Positions 59,391 through 64,000 of a stretch of DNA of 64,000 bases are shown here, in pieces (within the stretch, counting starts at the first letter, position 1; each line of letters starts with the position of its first letter). This DNA comes from a virus: positions 8,520 to 72,519 of the IMG/VR virus record IMGVR_UViG_3300017917_003866; one strand, written 5' to 3'. The notes beneath the pieces are model-generated. The model searched no databases. It had not been told where the DNA came from and worked only from the letters and a program-made list of their open reading frames with translations. The position numbers were made by a program, and so were the translations under genes.

Positions 59391-59777
59391 GTGCAAAGAA
59401 TTAAGATAATACAGGAAGAATATTCTAATGACCCATGGAAAGTACTAGTATGTTGTATATTACTCAACCAAACTAGTAACAAACAGGTAAGACCCTTAAT
59501 AGAAAGTTTTTTTAATAGATGGCCAAATTCTCAATCATTATTGAATGAAGAGATTTTGGCCATTTCTGATTTTATAAGGTCCACTGGATTTCAAAATATA
59601 AAAGCTAAGAGAATTAAAGAATTCTCAAGTGCATGGGAGATGGGTATAAGGGATCCTTTTAAATTTCCTGGTATTGGCGATTATGGCAGGGAAGCTTGGA
59701 GAATATTTGTTGATAACGACAAATCATTTATCCCGAAAGACAAGAAGCTTAAAATGTATTTAGAATCGGTTCAGTAA
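59391..59777 (+). CDS. HhH-GPD DNA glycosylase, MBD4-like
   Basis: DPWKVLVCCILLNQTS, FPGIGDYGREAWRIF, PKDKKL. Confidence 0.8.
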   Translation: MQRIKIIQEEYSNDPWKVLVCCILLNQTSNKQVRPLIESFFNRWPNSQSLLNEEILAISDFIRSTGFQNIKAKRIKEFSSAWEMGIRDPFKFPGIGDYGREAWRIFVDNDKSFIPKDKKLKMYLESVQ

Positions 59778-59787
59778 TATATACTAC

Positions 59788-60369
59788 ATGAATCATTTAT
59801 TTACTTTCCACGAGTTATTCGAAAAACTACAAATGGTAACTGCCAATTGGTCTATAATAAGTAACGAAAGCTCATTCGATAAAAAAGAAGAAAGTGGATA
59901 TCTTGTCTTTAGTAAAAACGGAACATTCTCTATCATATACAAAAAAAAGAAAGACAAGGAAGAATCCAGAATAGAATTTTATTCAGGAAAAGAAAACTCC
60001 ACTGATAAAAAATCTGTTTGTGAGTGTAAGATAACAACAGATGCAGGTACAGATAGAGTAAAAAAAGGATTCGAAGATATAACTCCAGATAATATGTGGG
60101 ATATATTGGTAACTTTTTTTGATTATTCAGATTTGGAAAAAATAGATAAGAATTCCGTTGATAGATTCATGATGGGTTTTGCTAAATCTATAAAAGAAGT
60201 AAATAAGAGCGAGGAGAAGGATCAATTATCACCTTCATTTAAGGTTTTTTATAAGTATCTAACTGAATGGAGTAATAAATCTAAGAATATACCTCCAGTT
60301 ACTACAGACGAATATAATTTTATGGATATAGTTAATAAATTCGTTACCTACTTTAAGTCTAATAAATAA
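59788..60369 (+). CDS. Hypothetical protein, putative internal head protein
   Basis: N-terminus MNHLFTFHELFE; AATATATA upstream. Confidence 0.55.
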   Translation: MNHLFTFHELFEKLQMVTANWSIISNESSFDKKEESGYLVFSKNGTFSIIYKKKKDKEESRIEFYSGKENSTDKKSVCECKITTDAGTDRVKKGFEDITPDNMWDILVTFFDYSDLEKIDKNSVDRFMMGFAKSIKEVNKSEEKDQLSPSFKVFYKYLTEWSNKSKNIPPVTTDEYNFMDIVNKFVTYFKSNK

Positions 60370-60370
60370 T

Positions 60371-60676
60371 TTATATAGACTCTTTCTTCTTTAATTGTTC
60401 AAGATAATCTTTCCAAACCATTCCGCCTTCCTTAATAGCAGATTTTTGATACTTGTGTAATTCTGCTCTCTTGGACATTATATAGGAAGCTATTATAGCA
60501 TCTTTCAATTCTATTTGTTTACTATCAAGCATCTCCTGTACTTTCTTGACAGATCTAATTGCCTCCTCTCTGTTAGCAAATCTAAGCCCGGGTGTATACT
60601 TCTTTTCCCTGTCGAAAGGATTTATATCGTTCAGATAAACATCCTCAAATAATTTGAAAGATAGAATTTTTTTCAC
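60371..60676 (-). CDS. Hypothetical protein, putative internal head protein
   Basis: GTG start; MKKILSFKLFED; AATATATA upstream on the minus strand. Confidence 0.6.
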   Translation of the reverse strand: MKKILSFKLFEDVYLNDINPFDREKKYTPGLRFANREEAIRSVKKVQEMLDSKQIELKDAIIASYIMSKRAELHKYQKSAIKEGGMVWKDYLEQLKKKESI

Positions 60677-60728
60677 CTATTATATATTCCTTTTTGAAAC
60701 CTCTTCCCTATAATGGTATAAAATAGAT

Positions 60729-62135
60729 ATGATCATTGATATAGAGAATACAGGAAACGGGTTATTAGTATCCCATTATACTGAAGAAGGAGAAGTTAAT
60801 TTATTGAAAATTCAAGTACCAAAGCATTTACAATTTGTCTGGCAAAAGACCTCTGAAAATGATAAGAACAAGGACAAAGAATGGAGATCCTGGGATAATT
60901 TCCCTATAAAGAAGGTTTCTTCTAGCAAGTTTGACAAATATAGGGTTGTAGAAATATTAGAGGCTATAGATCCGGAGATAACCAAACCTCTGTGGGATTA
61001 TCAAACACCTAAAAAATACTTTGTCGATATTGAGGTAGAGATAACCGATAATAGAGCGGATTCTTTAGATACTGAAAATTCTAAAAACCGTGTTCTTTCT
61101 ATAGGGATGGCATCATCTCAAGGAAAGATACTGGTTATTGGGTTAGAAGATATGGAACCCGATAGAATATTAAAAATTGAAAAAAGAATAAAAGAGCACT
61201 TCAAAGATCAGCCTGGTGAATGGACTTTCAATTACAGAAAGTTTGAAACTGAATTTGATATGCTTTATACTTTCTTTTCTAAATTAGTACCTAAGATGCC
61301 TTTAATAACGGGATGGAACTGGTTTGGATATGACTGGCCTTATCTTATAAACAGAGCAAAGAGATTAGGAATAGATCCTAGGATTGCTTCTCCTAGCGGT
61401 ATACTTTTAGGAATGAATCAAATTCCTATGCACATTTTAATGGTGGATTATTTGGAGATCTATAAAAAATGGGATAGAGTAGTAAAGATAAGAGAATCTA
61501 ACTCATTGGATTATGTAGCTAACCAAGCAATAGGAATAAAAAAGATTGCTTATAATGGAACATTAAAGGATCTTTACGATTCTGATTTTGAAACATTCAT
61601 TTTCTATAACGCAGTTGACTGCGCTTTAGTTCATTACATAGACAAGAGATTGGACACACTATCTACATTCTTTAAAATTGCGGAAGTAAGTAGGGTGGAA
61701 ATAAACAGAGCTCTTTCTCCAGTTTGGACAACAGAAGTTCTAATGCTTCGTAAATTCTTAGAGAGAAAGAAAATTATAGTAAATGAAAGAAAGGGTGAAT
61801 CTCACGTAAAATTCGAGGGTGCTTACGTTAAGAAACCAGAGAAAGGATTATATGAATGGATAGCTTGTTTTGACTTTGCTTCACTATACCCAAATACTAT
61901 GATGCAGTGGGGAATTTCACCGGAGGCTTATTTAGGCAAGAATTTAAAGGAAATCCCTGAAGGAGCAATAAAAACATCATCAGGGGCAGTATTCTATAAT
62001 AAAGATGGTGAGGAGCCTATTCTTAGAGAAATATTAAAAGGACTTTATGCACAAAGAAAAGCTACCAAAAAGAAATATTTTGAATGCGAAAAAGAAATAG
62101 AAAAAATTAAAAAAGCAATAAAATCAAAATCATAA
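60729..62135 (+). CDS. Family B DNA polymerase, N-terminal subunit (3'-5' exonuclease plus motif A) of a split enzyme
   Basis: ExoI DIEVE, ExoII ITGWNWFGYDWPYL, ExoIII YNAVD, motif A FDFASLYPN; ends in the fingers without motifs B and C. Confidence 0.88.
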   Translation: MIIDIENTGNGLLVSHYTEEGEVNLLKIQVPKHLQFVWQKTSENDKNKDKEWRSWDNFPIKKVSSSKFDKYRVVEILEAIDPEITKPLWDYQTPKKYFVDIEVEITDNRADSLDTENSKNRVLSIGMASSQGKILVIGLEDMEPDRILKIEKRIKEHFKDQPGEWTFNYRKFETEFDMLYTFFSKLVPKMPLITGWNWFGYDWPYLINRAKRLGIDPRIASPSGILLGMNQIPMHILMVDYLEIYKKWDRVVKIRESNSLDYVANQAIGIKKIAYNGTLKDLYDSDFETFIFYNAVDCALVHYIDKRLDTLSTFFKIAEVSRVEINRALSPVWTTEVLMLRKFLERKKIIVNERKGESHVKFEGAYVKKPEKGLYEWIACFDFASLYPNTMMQWGISPEAYLGKNLKEIPEGAIKTSSGAVFYNKDGEEPILREILKGLYAQRKATKKKYFECEKEIEKIKKAIKSKS

Positions 62136-62138
62136 ATT

Positions 62139-62603
62139 ATGGCAAATACAGACAACAAATGTTCTGATCTTCCTGTGGAAGATTTTTACAAAGGTGCGGA
62201 AGACACCTTAGGTTTAATTTACAACAAACAAAAAGAACTTCAGGAAAGATACGGATTCGATTTTAAAGATTGGTCTATTAAACAAATAGCAGATTTTTGG
62301 ATGGTAAACAAACACGCTCTCGGCGACGAGTTAAATGAAATGTTCGATGCACTAGGGGGAATCAACGATGGAATAGGATCTGCTGGCTGGAAATATTGGA
62401 AGGGAGATAATAAAAAAACATCGGATATGAAGATATCAGATTTAAGCGAAGGTGATAAGCTTGAGCTTTTCTATGAATGGATCGATGGCCTTCATTTCTA
62501 TATGAACTTTGCTATTTCAATAGGTATGACTAGCAAAGATATTGTTAATCTTTATATGGCAAAAAATTCAGAAAATCACAACCGACAAGAGAGAGGATAT
62601 TAA
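62139..62603 (+). CDS. Dimeric all-alpha dUTPase/dCTPase (dUTPase_2, T4 gp56-like)
   Basis: ELNEMFDAL, WKYWK, EWIDGLHF, YMAKNSENHNRQERGY. Confidence 0.82.
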   Translation: MANTDNKCSDLPVEDFYKGAEDTLGLIYNKQKELQERYGFDFKDWSIKQIADFWMVNKHALGDELNEMFDALGGINDGIGSAGWKYWKGDNKKTSDMKISDLSEGDKLELFYEWIDGLHFYMNFAISIGMTSKDIVNLYMAKNSENHNRQERGY

Positions 62604-62628
62604 TATATAGATAACATAAAAAAGAGAC

Positions 62629-63609
62629 ATGGAAAAATTACTAACACCCAATCCTAGAAGATTTTCTTTATTCCCAGTTCAGCACCACGATATGTGGACT
62701 ATGTATAAAACTGCGGAGGCTTCTTTTTGGACCGCTGAAGAAATAGACCTAGCACAAGATATTACTCATTGGAGAGATAAGTTGAATGACAATGAGAGAT
62801 ATTTTATTAAGCATGTAATTGCATTTTTTAACAATTCAGATGGTATTGTTAACGAGAACCTTGCAGCTAATTTTTTTAATCAGGTACAATATCCAGAAGC
62901 AAGATGCTTCTATGGATTTCAATTAGCTATTGAAAATATACACGGTGAAACTTATTCCCTTCTTATCGATTCATACATATCAGACGAGGAAGAGAAAGAG
63001 CATTTATTTAATGCTATTGATACTGTTCCTTCTGTTAAAAGAAAAGCTGATTGGGCAATGAAATGGATAGAAAAAGGATCTTTTACTGAGACTCTAATAG
63101 CTTTTGCAGCAGTGGAAGGAATTTTCTTTTCTGGATCTTTCTGTTCAATCTTTTGGTTAAAGAAAAGAGGCCTAATGCCTGGTCTATGTTTTGCTAATGA
63201 ATTAATATCAAGAGACGAGGGATTACATTGCGATTTTGCTTGTTTACTTTACACTAGCCACATCGAAAATAAACTTCCAGTGGAAACAGTAACAGAGATA
63301 ATTACTGAAGCTGTAGAGATTGAAAAAGAGTTTGTTACATCCTCATTACCTGTTAGACTTATTGGTATGAACGCAGATCTTATGTGTGAGTACATAGAAT
63401 TTGTAGCAGATAGATTATTAGTTTCATTAGGATGTCCTAAAATTTATAATACCAGATGCCCATTTGATTTTATGGTTAATATAGCTTTAGAAAACAAGGG
63501 TAATTTCTTTGAAGGTAGAGTAGGTTCTTATCAGAAATCTGGTGTTATGGACAGCACTAAAGATAATAAAGATTCAGGTAAAACATTTACTATGGATGCA
63601 GATTTTTAA
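62629..63609 (+). CDS. nrdB: Ribonucleotide reductase class Ia beta subunit
   Basis: [54 protein letters not shown]. Confidence 0.95.
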   Translation: MEKLLTPNPRRFSLFPVQHHDMWTMYKTAEASFWTAEEIDLAQDITHWRDKLNDNERYFIKHVIAFFNNSDGIVNENLAANFFNQVQYPEARCFYGFQLAIENIHGETYSLLIDSYISDEEEKEHLFNAIDTVPSVKRKADWAMKWIEKGSFTETLIAFAAVEGIFFSGSFCSIFWLKKRGLMPGLCFANELISRDEGLHCDFACLLYTSHIENKLPVETVTEIITEAVEIEKEFVTSSLPVRLIGMNADLMCEYIEFVADRLLVSLGCPKIYNTRCPFDFMVNIALENKGNFFEGRVGSYQKSGVMDSTKDNKDSGKTFTMDADF

Positions 63610-63670
63610 TAAACGCATTTATTAAATAAAGATCCTTTGTTGGAATATATAATAGATATAATTAATAAGC

Positions 63671-64000
63671 GTGTCTCAAAAATCTAGATCTCAATTTAAA
63701 GTAATATTTTCTCAGGGTAATATACCAAATCAGCAGGATTTTCATGACTTCATAGATAGTTATTGGAACTTTACTGATGATGGTTATTTTACTGGTATAA
63801 CTGGTCCCACAGGACCCACAGGGGTAACCGGATATGGTGCTCAAGGACCTACTGGACCGACAGGATCAACTGGAGCAACTGGCCCTATCGGAATATCAGT
63901 AACTGGAGCTACTGGAGCTACCGGAGCTACTGGAGCAGACTCTAATGTTACTGGTCCTACAGGAGCTACTGGAGCTACTGGAGCTACTGGTATATCAGTA
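63671..64000 (+). CDS. Collagen-like repeat fibre protein, 3'-truncated; missing from the ORF track
   Basis: GTG start; [31 protein letters not shown] followed by (GPT/GAT)n; open to the window end. Confidence 0.8.
   Translation, partial: MSQKSRSQFKVIFSQGNIPNQQDFHDFIDSYWNFTDDGYFTGITGPTGPTGVTGYGAQGPTGPTGSTGATGPIGISVTGATGATGATGADSNVTGPTGATGATGATGISV

Noticed and set aside
62040-62140. Intein, intron or frameshift explaining the truncated polymerase
   Set aside because: No intein-like sequence is present, the dUTPase gene follows immediately, and the missing polymerase motifs do not appear in any downstream ORF in the window
59391-63609. Eukaryotic or giant-virus (NCLDV) origin suggested by eukaryote-like nrdB and MBD4-like genes
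   Set aside because: T4-like baseplate, neck, gp32, primase and UvsW/UvsY genes plus bacterial-type S1 and PhoH indicate a bacteriophage; this nrdB type also occurs in Bacteroidota
1-64000. Alternative genetic code (TAG or TGA recoding), as seen in some large phages
   Set aside because: Very long ORFs are intact in the standard code, and TAA, TAG and TGA all end genes at tight gene junctions
1-64000. tRNA, rRNA or large ncRNA genes; integrase or transposase
   Set aside because: Intergenic gaps are nearly all under about 110 nt and AT-rich with no cloverleaf seen by eye, and no recombinase or transposase motifs appear; a covariance search was not run
63790-64000. 9-bp tandem repeats (actggagct) as a non-coding satellite
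   Set aside because: They encode Gly-X-Y collagen triplets in an open frame starting at 63671

Overview
This is a 64 kb, AT-rich, gene-dense piece of a large T4-like (contractile-tailed) dsDNA phage genome, almost all on the + strand, and it reads cleanly in the standard genetic code. The host is probably a Bacteroidota: the window carries DUF4494-like and Hc1-like genes, a sensor-type beta-propeller, and A-rich leaders mostly lacking Shine-Dalgarno sites. 1-43.9 kb is a baseplate/neck/tail module (gp53-, gp27-, gp5-, gp13-, gp25-, gp6-, gp7- and gp3-like proteins, very large structural proteins, a collagen fibre), interrupted by a ribosomal protein S1 homolog, an amidoligase-like gene and phoH. 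43.9-48.8 kb is replication/recombination (RuvC-like, gp32 SSB, primase, UvsY, UvsW). 48.8-60.7 kb is a cluster of proteins sharing an N-terminal motif like the T4 capsid-targeting sequence; it includes a HEXXH peptidase / vWA / MoxR AAA+ triad and a degenerate ligase-nucleotidyltransferase fusion, alongside Hc1, Hsp20 and an MBD4-like glycosylase. 60.7-64 kb holds the N-terminal half of a split family B DNA polymerase, a dimeric dUTPase, nrdB and a collagen-repeat gene. A recurrent RATATATA motif is a candidate late promoter. All family calls come from reading motifs by eye; no database search was run.
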